In this document: positions 25,762 through 39,687 of the stretch, one piece after another | How positions within the stretch are numbered: the first letter of the stretch is position 1 | Layout: each line of letters begins with the position of its first letter | Source of the DNA: the human T2T-CHM13v2.0 reference genome, Homo sapiens | Reading direction: 5' to 3' (one strand) | Length of the DNA stretch: 64,000 bases | Assembly: GCF_009914755.1 (NCBI RefSeq) | Contig: NC_060927.1 | The notes under the pieces: generated by a model | Seen by the model: the letters and a program-made list of their open reading frames with translations, nothing else | Database searches by the model: none | What the model was told of the DNA's origin: nothing | Made by a program: the position numbers and the translations under genes

Positions 25762-27566
25762 GCCATGTTAGGTAAAGAACGTGAGATCTGGGTTCAAGCC
25801 CTGAGTCTGCCAACCACTAGCTATGCAAGAGATGTCTCTAAGCTAGATGTCCTCTCTCAACCAGGAAGGTAAGTAAAGCCTCCTCACAGCATTGTGGTGG
25901 GGGTTCAATTATTAATACACAAAGCCGGTGAGGTACAATGTACAAGTCTTGGTGTCTAGGTAAGTGTAGGATACCTAAATGGTTCTCTTCACTATGCCCC
26001 CAACCCCAGGAGTAAACTCAGCCTTTGGGAGTGTGGGAGAACCTCATCTGCTTTTCTAGTGCCTCCTCCAAGTAACTCCTTCACACACAGAACATCACAC
26101 CAGGTCTTCCTTTTCATATCCCTGGAACCACAAACTCTCCCCCTCCTTCAGGTTAGGAAACAGCAAGACGTGGGAGTTTCTGCCTAGCCTTGAGATGCCT
26201 TAGGTGTCAGTGATCAATTAAAACAGATAAGCTCCCCTCCCAACTCCATTTTTTTCCTTCCCTCCTCACCCACACTCACAAAATGAATATAAAACCAGCA
26301 TAACAAACACAAACTCAGCAAGTTAATACTAACGCAATTGTGTACTTTGCTCATCTAGAATGCTAGGCTTCTGACTCCACAAGATGCTAAAAGAACACAA
26401 AAAAATCCTCTTTGATGGCTAACATTTTCTTCCTTAAGGTAAGAACAACACAATCCTCTCAGTCATTTAGTATTATATTAGCTTTATCTTATTCCCAGGG
26501 GCTGCTTGCACCTTGTTTTAGTGACTCCTACAAACTGCACTGGTCAGAACTACTGTAGCAAGCACTGTGCCTATTATCTTTTTGTAGTAAAGGGTTAATG
26601 AACATTAAATACCACATTTATTTACTCTCATGCTGGTGGACACAGATGAGCACCAAGAAAATGAAGTGGGTCTTTAACATCTTTTGCTTTCTTGCATTAA
26701 AAACACTGCCAACATTAAGACATCCTTACATGTGGCATTTCCTGCTCAGCAAGTCTTAAAGTTCCCAACAACTATTTAAAAAATATCCTCTTGTGTGGCA
26801 AAATAATAACAAAAAGCTTAGCAACAGCAGCCCCCTACTTGCTTTGCTAAATAACCGTTCCAACAAAAAATGAGCTGGAAGATTAAGTGTATCTTCATAT
26901 TCCAGCAAAAATAAATATTTAGAAAAATATGTTAGGCCAAACAAGTCCCCCTTCAACATTCAATCAACCATTCCCTCTTGGTTTGTCTTTCTTTTTGCCC
27001 CCCTACTCTATTCCCATCCCTTCCATAAAAATGACTAAAGAAATTCTTGCAGTTTCACTTTTCAGTGGTGCATAATCAAAATTCAAAGGAAATTAAATAG
27101 CTGTCATTATCATGAGTATCCTAGGATTCTTTATTCCTGTACATACCAGTTCAAAAGGCAGACAAATGCACACATGACACACACTTACATGCAGAGTTCT
27201 TACAAATAAATCTTGTGTATTGCTAGTTTGCTATTACACTGTAGGGTTTTAAAAGCTCAATACATCATTTGAAAAGGTTCCTCCTCTACTTATCAGTCAC
27301 TTATCCATGAAGCCTTTGGTTTCCAGCAAGGTTTTGGCCCCTCTTCCTACACCCCTGCCCCTACTCCCTTCTGCATTTTTGATGGGGGAAATGGGAACAG
27401 GTCAGTGAGAGGATGAACGACTACTGTAAATACTTAAAGACATCAATTGACCATTCATCCCCCCTTCCCTTAGGGTAGAGTCCAGTAGAGCACAAACATT
27501 CTCACTGTAAACTCTTCCTTGTGTAATCTTCAGTCATAGTGGCATTCCTTCATGTTTGCACTTTAA

Positions 27567-27911
<345 letters not shown>

Positions 27912-27959
27912 TAGATTTTATTTGGCAAAACATTCCCCCAATTTTATGTAATAAAGATG

Positions 27960-28150
27960 CAGCACGATGGTTAATGGTCAAGTGTATGGCAAGTTGCATA
28001 CACTTTTTCAACACTAATTTCCTTGTCTGTAAGAAGACAACCACTCTGGTCACCTCATAATGACACTGAAGAATTTAAATGACTTGATTTTTATAAATTG
28101 CCTCAATACAACATCTGGCACATAGTTAAATGCTCAGTAGGTGGTAGTCC
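27960..28150 (+). mobile_element. MIR
   Basis: tggcacatagttaaatgctcagta tail motif. Confidence 0.6.
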
Positions 28151-29004
28151 CTACTATTACTGCTATTAGTATTATCCTTATTAAGGCTAAAAAGTCTTGC
28201 AAACCTTAGTGAACTGTGTATGTATGTACACATATAAAAAATTATCTATATCTTTTAATACCGTAATTTCTAAAATGGAAAACTATATAATTTACACATT
28301 TTTCATTTTAATGATTAAATTAATAAAGTAATTATATGTTTGATATAGCTTAGGAATTATAATGTGTACGATTTACATTCTATTTATTATTTTAATTATT
28401 TCTATTATAGTTTATTTATAATTTTAATATATAATACATATATACATAATATATAATACATACATTTTTTAATGTATTCTCTGAAAATGTCCCAATACCA
28501 CAGAATCTGACTGGAAAATACCTTGGGTACTCCCAAAACCAGAGCCAGAAATCGCTATATTAGAAAATTAGTTTTGGGATTCTAACTGCTGTGAACAGTG
28601 AAAAACAGTATGGTCTCTTAAGGAGTTCCAAGCCTCTTGTTCTGACTTTGAACAAGGCCCGTCATGTGTAAAATGCTCTATTGTTCCTCATTCCCTAAGT
28701 TTCAAGTCCTCAACTAGCTCAGAATAACACATTTAGCCTTTAACAGGAATAGTGAGAAAAATGAGACAGTGAGGATGTGTAAGTAAATATGATACGTCCA
28801 TAAACTAGAACACCATGAAGCGTTTGAAAAGAATGAAGCTGTTCCCTATACACTGACCTCTAAAATATTGTTCAGTGAAAAAATGGCAAAGTACAGAACA
28901 CAATGTACAATATGCTCCCTTTTAGGCTGAATGGGGCTCACTTAACTTCTTAAGGAGCCTGCAACTGAACTTTAGCATATGCTAGAAAAGAAGTACTACT
29001 AGTT

Positions 29005-29317
29005 GGCCGGGCGCGGTGGCTCATGTCTGTAATCCCAGCACTTTGGGAGGCCAAGGCGGGCAGATCACAAGGTCAGGAGATCGAGACCATCCTGGTTAAC
29101 ACGGTGAAACCCCGTCTTTACTAAAAATACAAAAAAAATTAGCTGGGAGTGATGGCAGGTGCCCGTAGTCCCAGCTACTCAGGAGGCTGAGGCAGGAGAA
29201 TGGCGTGAACCCGAGAGGCGAGCTTGCAGTGAGCGGAGATCTCGCTGCTGCACTCCAGCCTGGACAACAGAGTGAGACTCTGTCTCAAAAAAAAAAAAAA
29301 AAAAAGAAAAAAGAAAA
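29005..29317 (+). mobile_element. AluY
   Basis: Y diagnostics (gatcgagaccatcctgg, gaatggcgtgaacc); TSD AGAAAAGAAGTAC(TAC)TAGTT. Confidence 0.93.
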
Positions 29318-29490
29318 AGAAAAGAAGTACTAGTTGTCCCTGAAGCTCTCTTTTGCCAATTAAGTGATATCTGTGAAAGAATAGAGGGAGAGGGATAAAA
29401 AGAGAAAAACATTAAGAATATTATAATTTTTCCTACTAGAAAAATCAAGTGTATCTGCAACAGCAATGTAATTTGACCAATCGAACATAC

Positions 29491-29499
29491 TCTTTCCTT
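29491..29499 (-). other. Candidate 9-nt microexon, or donor of a candidate first exon
   Basis: ctctgtttacag|AAGGAAAGA|gtatgt on the minus strand. Confidence 0.25.
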
Positions 29500-29920
29500 C
29501 TGTAAACAGAGCGGCTGCCAGCACAGGAAGTAATAGTGTCCATTTTTTGGACTGCATTCCACTTGGAAGATTATCTCCAAAGTACTGGATTCCAGCATAT
29601 ACACTTTGTTGAGCTGATCTACAGGGCTCACTAGCTTTCCCCCCTCCCCTCGCTATTAATAGTACTCACTCTGATCTTTACCTCACACTTTACCTTGACT
29701 TAGACTTTCAGCAACCTGCAAAGTAATCTACCAAAACAGAGAAGGAAATATGTCAGCATGGCAAACTGTATTAGTGAAACTAGTTAGAAACAAAACGCCA
29801 CAGGTATAAACTCTACATTCACCAAAATGGACATGAGTTACTAAATAAAATCCTCTCCTGCAGGTACTATGCATCCCTGTCTTAATCATCTGTGTTTCAG
29901 ATTCTATACAAAACAGTTAG

Positions 29921-30141
29921 CAAGCTTGTCCAATCTGTGGCCCACAGGCCACATGCAGCTCAGGACAGCTTTAAATGTGGCCCAATACAAATTTGAAAAC
30001 TTTCTTAAAACATTATGAGATTTTTTTGCACTTTTTTCTTTTTAGTTCATGAGCTATCTATTGTTAGTGTGTTTTATATGTGGCCCAAGACAATTCTTCT
30101 TCCACTATGGCCCAAGGAAGCCAAAAGACTGGACACCCCTG
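29921..30141 (-). mobile_element. MER30 hAT-Charlie element
   Basis: caagcttgtccaa...tggacacccctg inverted termini and MER30 body. Confidence 0.9.
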
Positions 30142-32229
30142 AGTCAGAGCTTGAAATCCAGGTACTGCAGTGGAAAGGTATCATATTTTTAAAATAATTA
30201 AAATAAGCCTTTCGTGCTATTTATAATCTTAGAACAATATTTTTCCTTTCTGGTGAAAATAAAATGTACCTTGTATTCTAACACAACTTCTATTCTTCCC
30301 ACTGCTTTTTTTTTTTTAACAACCAAGCATACATTAAGTTTTCAAACTGTAGCATTTGAAATTAAAGTAATGAGTGAGTGACTCTGGTACCTAACAGACT
30401 CAATCAAGTCTTAACTTAAATAGTATTTTGACATGGAAACACATTAAATATGTGCTACGTGCTGGTCACTGCACTAGGTGCTGAGTATAAGGAAGCAAAT
30501 AAAACAGGTTCCTTGATTTCACTAGGATTATGTCTAGGGGAGAAAGGTCATTCCACACAAATAATTTCATAAACTATTTGATTTAGTCACATATACTCTA
30601 TATAGTTCCTGATTTATATAGAGTTAGTAATAAAAACTCTACTAAATACAATATAGTCTTCTTTTAAATCAATGTACTGTAGCACTACAGGGTGCCTTGG
30701 AAATATCTATGTGAAAAGTAGTTATTTTATTATTTCAGTCTTACCCCAACTGTATAACCCAATATTAGCTATTAAAATACAAATATGCCATACTTTTAAA
30801 AAATTAAAAACTAACCTATTTCATTGGCCACTGGCTTAAGTACAAACTGTGTAACATTGGCATATAAACAAATACCCTTCATTGCCAACAGCATGAGATA
30901 TGCCACTGCCCCTGAGAAGCATTTCTGACTCTCTAGCTAAAGTTTGTAAACTCTCTGGTTGCCACAATAATTTATCCAAATTTCCACTGTGATGTTTATC
31001 ATATTGTACAAGAGTAATTTGTCATCCTCCATAACCTGTGAGCTCCTCAGGTGCAGGAACAATGTCTCATTCACAACGTATCCCTAGCACTCTCACTAGC
31101 GCCTAGCACCTTGGAGCCTCTCCACAATGGTCTACTAAATGCATTGGTGAAAAAGGGTGAATTGAACACTACACGGCAGCTGTCACTTAAAGTACATTTT
31201 GAGCTTCCACAAGGCAGATTCACTGCTCAAATTGGAAATGTTCTAAAAGTCTTGTTCATCTTAGCTGTCTATCCTATCTGAAAATCATTCCTTCCTTTTG
31301 TTATATTTGATTTACTGAGGCACACTCTGTTCCAGGGACCACAGTAACAACCTTGACTCAATCAGGCAAGGAGAGTATAGCGGTGGAAGGATTCACACAC
31401 CTGTCCACTTAAGACAAGATTTTGCATTCAACGACAAGCACTTGAGTGAGCTACTCAAGCATCAGGCAGCTGATGAGCCTTTCTGTGATCTTACTGATTT
31501 TCCGAATACGGTGAACATTCTAGTCTGTCTTTGACCTCACAAAGTTATATTTTTACTTCTCAGGTTGCAAATTTGCAGTGGTAAAATCATCCTAAAAACT
31601 TTACAGGAAGAAAATGGTTAAGTACGTTTTAATTCATCAAATGAGAGACTTTAGTATAATCATTAGAATTACATTTGGGGGGGATATTTTAAAATATGGA
31701 AAAAATCTCATATACCATGTTAATGTTAAAAAAAGCTGAATACAACTGTATAAAGTATAATCAAAATTTTGTGAAATAAATCTATATGAAAATAGTCACA
31801 TATACATATGTATCTCCACACAGAAAAATAACTTAAAGGAGTTTCAACTTTTTCAACTATGATCATGTATTATTTATAAAAATTCTGAAAATAATGCATG
31901 CTTTTCTTCTAAAGTAAAAAACATAATTTCTTAACCGGCTTTATGGTGGATTTTGCAAAGTAACAATTCCTCTACTATCTTCCAATGATTCACTTTTCTT
32001 ACAATTTTAAATTATATCTTATTCATGAAAAACGCATATACCAGAAGTAAAGATGAACCACTATGTTTCTCTCTGTGGTGAATAAATTACACTTTTAAGA
32101 AATTTAAAAGATACAATTACCTAGGACATTAAAGATTAATAGTTTCCTTTATAATTATAGATTCCTTCCATCCTATGTTTTTATGCCTCATAATTGCAGT
32201 ATGTCTAACCTCCTTTAAAAGGCAAGAAA

Positions 32230-32524
<295 letters not shown>

Positions 32525-32624
32525 GGTGGGAGGAGGAAAAATATCAATGGAAACTTAAAAATACTTTTAAATATAAAGTAATGCTGCATTTTAATATGGC
32601 AGAACTATACTTCCTATATCAGGA

Positions 32625-32904
32625 TTTTTTTTTTTTTAAGTGACAGGGTATGGCTCTGTCACCCAGGACAGAGTACAGTGATGTAATCATGGCTCACTGC
32701 AGCCTCAAACTCCTGGACTCAATCAGTCCTCCTGTCTCAGCCTCCCTAGTAGCTGGGGCTACAGGTGCACACCACCACACCTGGCTAGTTTTTTTCGTTT
32801 TAACGTTTTGTCCAGGCTGGTCTCAAACTCCTGGCCTCAAGCGATCCTGCCACCTCAGTTTCCCAAAGTGCTGGGATTATAGGCATAAGCTACCTTGCCC
32901 AGCC
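32625..32904 (-). mobile_element. AluJ
   Basis: TSD TCCTAT(A/G)TCAGGA at 32612-32624 and 32905-32917. Confidence 0.92.
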
Positions 32905-32983
32905 TCCTATGTCAGGAATTTAAAGACTAAAGGAAAATGGTAATCTGAAAACTTTTTTGGCAACCACTATATTCAAGTCCTTC

Positions 32984-33226
32984 TTTATTCCCACTTATAC
33001 AGAAAAACTTCATTTCCTTTTGTTCTTTTTTCACATTCGAAGACCCTAAAATTGATTTTTCCCCAGTTGAGCCAAAGTGGAAGAGGGACAATGTTTTATT
33101 AAAAGATTCATTTCCCAGCATAAACTGTCTTCTTTATTTATATACAAAGAAAATCTGTCTTTTTATTCTTGTGAAAATGTTTTCTGAAGCTATCATTTTA
33201 CAAAGTTAATTCAATTGTACTTGACT
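32984..33226 (-). other. Candidate intronic alternative last exon
   Basis: ggctaac...cttttctccctctctgtctgtttttag| acceptor, early stops in all frames, four AATAAA. Confidence 0.45.
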
Positions 33227-33932
33227 CTAAAAACAGACAGAGAGGGAGAAAAGATGATGATGACAACGCTGTTAGCCACCTCAGCAAAAGAAAAAGATAC
33301 GCACTGATCAGCTCTCTTAAGAATGGCTGCACAAATTAAATTCCACCAAAATGTAAGAACAAGGGCATCGTGGTGACCAGTCTTCAGTGACTTCTGTTGT
33401 GTGTGTGAGAGAGACCAGGACAGCAAAAGAACTGTGGTATTAGAGTCACTGAACTGGTTACAATTTAAGAAACATTCATCGTTGGGCTTAAATGTACTGA
33501 AGAAAAGGGTATTCATGTGACACAAAAGACAAGAGAATAAGGAGAATCCAAAATGATCCATCAAATGAAACAGACTGAGGGGCATGGTTTTGGGCCAAGT
33601 GGAGACACCCAGCTGGCTACAACACTGAAGGGAAAGCATCGAATAGATTTTAAAGTAGCAAAGTAAGGAAGGGATAAAAATAAATAAAAGACTAAAAAGT
33701 AATATGATTCTTTGATCCTATGTAAGTCTGAGATTCCACAGCAACACAGAAAGAGATAAATGAGAGAGAAAACGTGAGAAAATGAATGTTTTCCATCCTG
33801 GTCTTAAAGAAAACTTAAGTGGCATCTTTTTAAAAGAAAGCATAAGTATTTTCTGAACACAAACTTCAAATCATTAAAATTACCTTCCCTCATTCTTCCT
33901 AGAGCAGCAAGCTTTTAAAAAATAAAGAGTGA

Positions 33933-34296
<364 letters not shown>

Positions 34297-34739
34297 TCAA
34301 TTCCTAAGTCAGAGTTAAGATTGTTATAGTTGAAACTGTATTAGAAACATATTTAGGAACGATGATTGTACCGCTGAGCTTTTCAGTTATGATCCCCACC
34401 CCTATCCTAACTGGAATCCTGAAATTATCAAGCTTACCAAAGCTAATGCATTAATTCTCTCATTTCATGATTCATTAACTCAGTAATTTCCTGCAAGATA
34501 CATGGCCAACAAAAATCTCAAAATATCCCTGAGGATATTCCAGATTAAAAATGCTAAATTCTTAGGACATAATCTTTCTAGCACTCATAGAGTTTACTAT
34601 TTCTTAGTTTGTTACAACTATTTGCCCAGATGCCTGTCTCCCCAAGTAGACTGTAACCTCCAAGCAAATGAAGATTGATCAAGTAGGATTCAATATTTCT
34701 TTTTCTTATACACAGATCTGATCATATTTACTCTCACCT

Positions 34740-35225
34740 GGACTCTTAGGGGCGGGGCTATCACTCAGAGCCACCGGGGCATGGCTGCTGCCCAAGTGGA
34801 CCCAGAAGGCTGGACTTTGGCCTCAGTGGGCCCAGAGGCAGAGCATCATGGAAACAAAGAGAATTATTCTCAAGCCTTAAAATACAATGGACTTTGTCCT
34901 GCTAGGTTTTGGACTTGCTTGGGCCCCAGGATTCCTTTCTTCCTTCTAATTTGTCCCTTTAGGACTAGAATGTTTATTGTATGCCTGTTCGCCTATTTGG
35001 GAAGCAGATAACTTGTCTGGTTTCACAAATTCACAGCTTGAGAAGAATTCTGCTTCAAGATGTATCACACCTAGAGTCTCATCCATGGCTGATTTAGATG
35101 AGATTTTCAACTTAGAGCTGATGCTAGATGGGTTAAGATTTTGGGGGCTGTTGGGATAGGGTGAATGTATTTTACATGCAAGAGGAAACAAATCAGGGAT
35201 GGGAGGGGGCATGCAGAAGGCAGAA
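34740..35225 (+). mobile_element. MaLR (MLT1) internal-region 3' fragment
   Basis: MLT1-int-like sequence ending in a purine-rich tract directly before an LTR. Confidence 0.65.
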
Positions 35226-35611
35226 TGCTATGGGCTGTTTGTAAACCTCCCTAAATTCATGTATTGAATTCTCAACCCCCAGTACCTCAGAGTGTAACCA
35301 TATTTAGAGACAGGGTCTTTAAAGAGGAGATTAATTTAAAATAAAGCCATTAGGAAGGGACCTAATCCAATACGATGATGATGTCCTTATAAGAAGTGGG
35401 AGAGACATCAGGGACAGGAGTGCCCAGAAGAAAGGCCGTAAGAGGACACAGCAAGGAGGTAATCATCTGCAAGTCAAGAAGAAAGGCCTCAGAATGGAAT
35501 CAATACCTTGATCTTGGACTTCTAGCTTTCAGAACTATGAAAAATAAACTTCTGTTATTTAAACCACCCAGTGGGTAGCATTTTGTTATGGCAGCCCTAG
35601 CTGACTAATAT
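35226..35611 (+). mobile_element. MLT1B-like LTR
   Basis: tgctatgggctg...gcagccctagctgactaata. Confidence 0.85.
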
Positions 35612-35708
35612 GCCTGCCATTTACATTCTCCCTGAATTGCCAGTCCTGTGGCAACGTACCACACTACTTCATCTACAAATGCACATTTGTTCCTTTTGTC
35701 AGGGACTG

Positions 35709-36335
35709 TGTAGTAGAAAATCTGGCCTTGCCCAAAGGGTGGTCTGGCTTTTGTCCTCAACTTCTAGGAGGCAACCCATGTCATCCCTATGGGAATATGT
35801 TAGTCTTGGGAAAGAACAATTAAGGTGGGGCCAGCTACAGCCAATAGTCTTAGGTTAGGGGCTGGGCATGACAGAAAGATCAATCATGTGTTTTACAGTG
35901 GGGAACACAGAGGCTGAAATCAACCACATGGGCAATCAGGCAATTGATCATGCCTATATAGTGAAGCTCTCAATAAAAACTCTGGACACTGAGGCTCGGG
36001 TGAGCTTCCCTGGCTGGCAATACTCTGTACATACAGTTACACATTAACGACAGGAGGGTAATGCATCCTGACTCCATATGGAGAGGACACAGAAACCTGG
36101 TGTACAGAATCCTCCTAAACTCCAACTTAGTTGTCTCCTCTTTCTTTGACTGATCTGATTTCATATCTTTTCCCTGTAATGTAATAGTAATCATGAGCAC
36201 TCAGTGAGTTTTGTGGGTCCTTTTAGCAAACTGTTGAAACTGAGGGTGTTTTGGGGAAACCTCACACTTGCAGTCAGTGTGAAAAGTAAAGACAGTCTTG
36301 GAGACTGGGCCCTCTAATTTTGCAGTTTGGATAAT
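35709..36335 (+). mobile_element. MER21-like LTR
   Basis: ccttgcccaaag...aataaaaactctggacactgaggctcgggtgagcttccctgg. Confidence 0.8.
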
Positions 36336-36467
36336 TCCATGTAGGGATGAAACCTCAGATGTCACTATCTCAGCAACATTTCTTGTATCTACCCTAAACA
36401 GAGTTAATCATAATTTCCTTCCTTCTCAGTATACCACAGGATGTAATCCTAATTTACCTGGTAATTA

Positions 36468-36703
36468 CAGTGATTCTAAACCTGAGGAAATTTTGCCCCC
36501 CACAGAAGAGAACATTTGGCAATGTCTGGACACAGTTCTGGTGGTTACAACTGGGGGATGCTACTGGCACCTAGTACTCCACCTCCACCCTAGGGGATGG
36601 AGGCCAGGGATGCTGCTAACCATCCTACAATGCACAGGACAGCCCTCACAGCAAAGAATTATCTGACCTAAAATGTCTACATCATCAGGTTTAAGAAACC
36701 CTG
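36468..36703 (+). mobile_element. MER20 hAT-Charlie element
   Basis: acatttggcaatgtctggacac...gaggccagggatgctgctaaccatcctacaatgcacaggacagccc. Confidence 0.9.
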
Positions 36704-38777
36704 CATTAGACTGTTGACATTTACCGGATGAACCCCAGGTCTGAGACAACAACTCTTGGAGTAGTGAGACAATAGCACCCTGAATTCTAAGGGCCAGTGT
36801 CCAAATGCCAATTCCACATAAATCACTTCTGTTTAATGTCAGGCAAATATCCAAACCCTTGGCCCTCAACTATCTCATTTGTAAATGAAACTAAAATAGC
36901 ATGTATTCCACAGAATTATTTACAGAAGAAATAAGACCATATATTAGAACAAGTTAGCAAACTATTTAGACCACAGTAAACACTGGCTAAATGTTCACCC
37001 TATATCATTTAATTTTCCTTGTACAATGTAAAACATTTTATAAAAAATATTTGCACTGACTAGATTACTGGTAAAAGGTCACAAATCACTTTTTCTTTGG
37101 TTTAGAACAGATGTAGGACTCCTGGATCTCATAAATGTGGGCTACTAACAAATTAAATGTTTCTTTCTATGCAAAATTTGTCTTCTCTTACCAAGACCAC
37201 ATGTTGCTCTTTCCTTCCATTATCACCACTTATGGGTGGCTTCCTTGTGTGTCCATTTTCTTCAGAGAAACAAAGTTTATATCACATATGAGAGTTACCA
37301 TAAGAGGCAATGACAAAGGAAACAATCAAGCAATCCAGAAAGGAGATTGTAGTCCACCTAATACAACCACCTGTGAAATGCAACTGCCAGGTAGGCAGCT
37401 CCTTCCTTTATGATCATCTTCCAGGAAATTACAAATTGCCCCACATCAGACATTATTCAGGTCAAATGTCTATCTATGCATATTATATCTGAGAACTAAA
37501 AAGGTTTAATTTATTCCCTTTGTGTCTGTGTCTCCTACAATCCTACATCTAAAGTGAATTCCCCAAGAAACAGGAGTAACTTTTCCCTCAGATCCCCAAC
37601 CTATCACAACACCTAGCACACTGTATATGTTAATTCATCATTCTTGGATAAATGTAAGAAAAGAGATACAGATGGCCAAATGGATGAAAAAATACAAGAC
37701 CAAGTGGAGGAACAAATACAAGAAGGAATAAATGAATAATTAAATAGTTCTTTAGCCTATAAATAGCAGTACTACTAATTTCTGCTTGAGCTTCAACAAC
37801 ATTAAAATATCAGTGTTCTTACAAACATATATGCAGGACACAATTGTTCAACAAAAGAACTTGGCTTGCAGCTATACCCTGCACAGTAAAAAAATGTACT
37901 CTCTCAGTGTTAATGAATGATTTAACCCAGAGCAGTAAGAACAGGTTAGATTCTTACTAGCAGGAAGCTACTCTGCATTTTGCAACACCACACCACAGAC
38001 TACAGGTTAAAACAGCCAGGAATATGACAAATATCATACTTACTGGGAGAGAATTAATGCTACTCCCCTAAGATAGAAGGCAAGGTAAGGAAGTCGCCTC
38101 TTACCGATTCTACTCAACATGGTACTAGAGGTTGAGCCACTGCAAGCAGGCAAGGAAGGAAAAAAAAAGGCATTCACACTGGAAAAAAACAAAAAGACAT
38201 AACATGGCCTATTCACAGAAGACATAGTTCTGTATAGAGAAAATGTTAAGGAATCAATTTTAAACACAATTTGCATGAATAAACAAGAAAAGGAAGGTCA
38301 CAGGATATAAAATAAAAGATACAAAGATCAACTGTATTTCAACATACAAGCAATGAATAATCTAAAAATGAAATTATTAAAGTAATGCCATTCACAGTAG
38401 CATCAAAAATAAAATACTTAGAAATAAATTTAACAAAAGAAATGAAAGACATACGCTTGAAAACCACAAAATATTGCTGAAATAAAGATCTAAATAAATG
38501 GAGAGCTATTCCATGTTCACAGACTGGAAGATTCAATATTGTGAAGATGGCCATACTCCCACAATTGATGTACAGGATCAACATGAACTCTAATCAAAAC
38601 ACCAGCAGGTTTACTTTCAGAAATTGACAAGCAGATCCTAAAATGTATACAGAAATGCAAAACACCTAGAATTGCCAAAACGAATTTGAAAAGGAAAAGA
38701 ATATTGAAAAATTTTCACTTTCAAATTTCAAACTTTCTAATAAAGTTAACAGTAATCACGTCACCATGTTTCTGACA

Positions 38778-39687
38778 TATATTACATTTGATTGCTTCCA
38801 TTAGAAATTACCACAAATTTAGTAGCTTAACACAATGTATTATCTTACAATTCTGTAGGTCAGAAACTCAACACTGGTCTCACCAGGCTAAAATCAAGGT
38901 ATTAGTGAGACAGCCACATGGGAGGGGGTCCCTGGAGAAACTCCACCCAGTCTGCCCACTGGGGTACAGCCTCGAGAAGTTCAGGATCTTTCCAGCAGAA
39001 AGCAGCCTGGCCCCTCCTTTTCCTGTGTGAAACCTGGGATTCAAACGGCCTGGTGGGAAGCGCTCTATCAGGGACTTGGCCTGGTGAGAATCCTTGTTTC
39101 CCCCTTTTTTTTTCTTTTTCACCCAATAAAACCCTGTCTTACTCACCATTCAAATTGTCTGCGAGCCTGAATTTTTGTGGCTGTGGGACAAAGAGCCCCA
39201 TCTTTAGCTGAACTAAGGAAAAGTCCTGCAACAACAGCAGGGCTACATTTTTTCCTGGAGGCACTATGTAGCATCTGTGTCATTGCTCATTCAGGTGATT
39301 AACAGAATTCAGTTCCTGGGCTTGTAGTACTAAGATCCCTGTTTCCTTGCTGACAGTTCTCAGCTACTGGAGGACACATACATTCCTTGGCTAGTGGCCC
39401 CCTTCCACCATTTTCAAAGCCAGTAACCACAGGTCAAGCCCCTGTCATGCTCAAATACCTCCTCCTCCTTTCATCTCTCATCTCTGACCTAAAATGGAAA
39501 GGTTTTCTGCCTTTAAGGACTTGTGATTAGATTGGGTCCCCCTAGTAATCCAGGATAATCTCTCATCTAAACGTTTATACTTGTTAAGACATCTACAAAG
39601 TCCCTTCTGCCACATAAATAACATATTCACAGGTTCCAGGGCTTACGACATGGACGTCTTTGGGGAACTACTTTTCTAATGACCACA
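38778..39687 (-). mobile_element. MLT1E/F-like LTR split by MER61
   Basis: aaattaccacaaatttagtagcttaa...aatccaggataatctc...gaccaca. Confidence 0.8.
38906..39233 (+). mobile_element. MER61-like ERV1 solo LTR
   Basis: tgagacagcc...cccaataaaaccctg...aagtcctgcaaca. Confidence 0.85.

Noticed and set aside
26418-26444. + strand ratchet-like motif gctaacattttcttccttaag|gtaaga
   Set aside because: Opposite to the inferred host strand and has an AAG acceptor; kept as evidence that such motifs arise by chance
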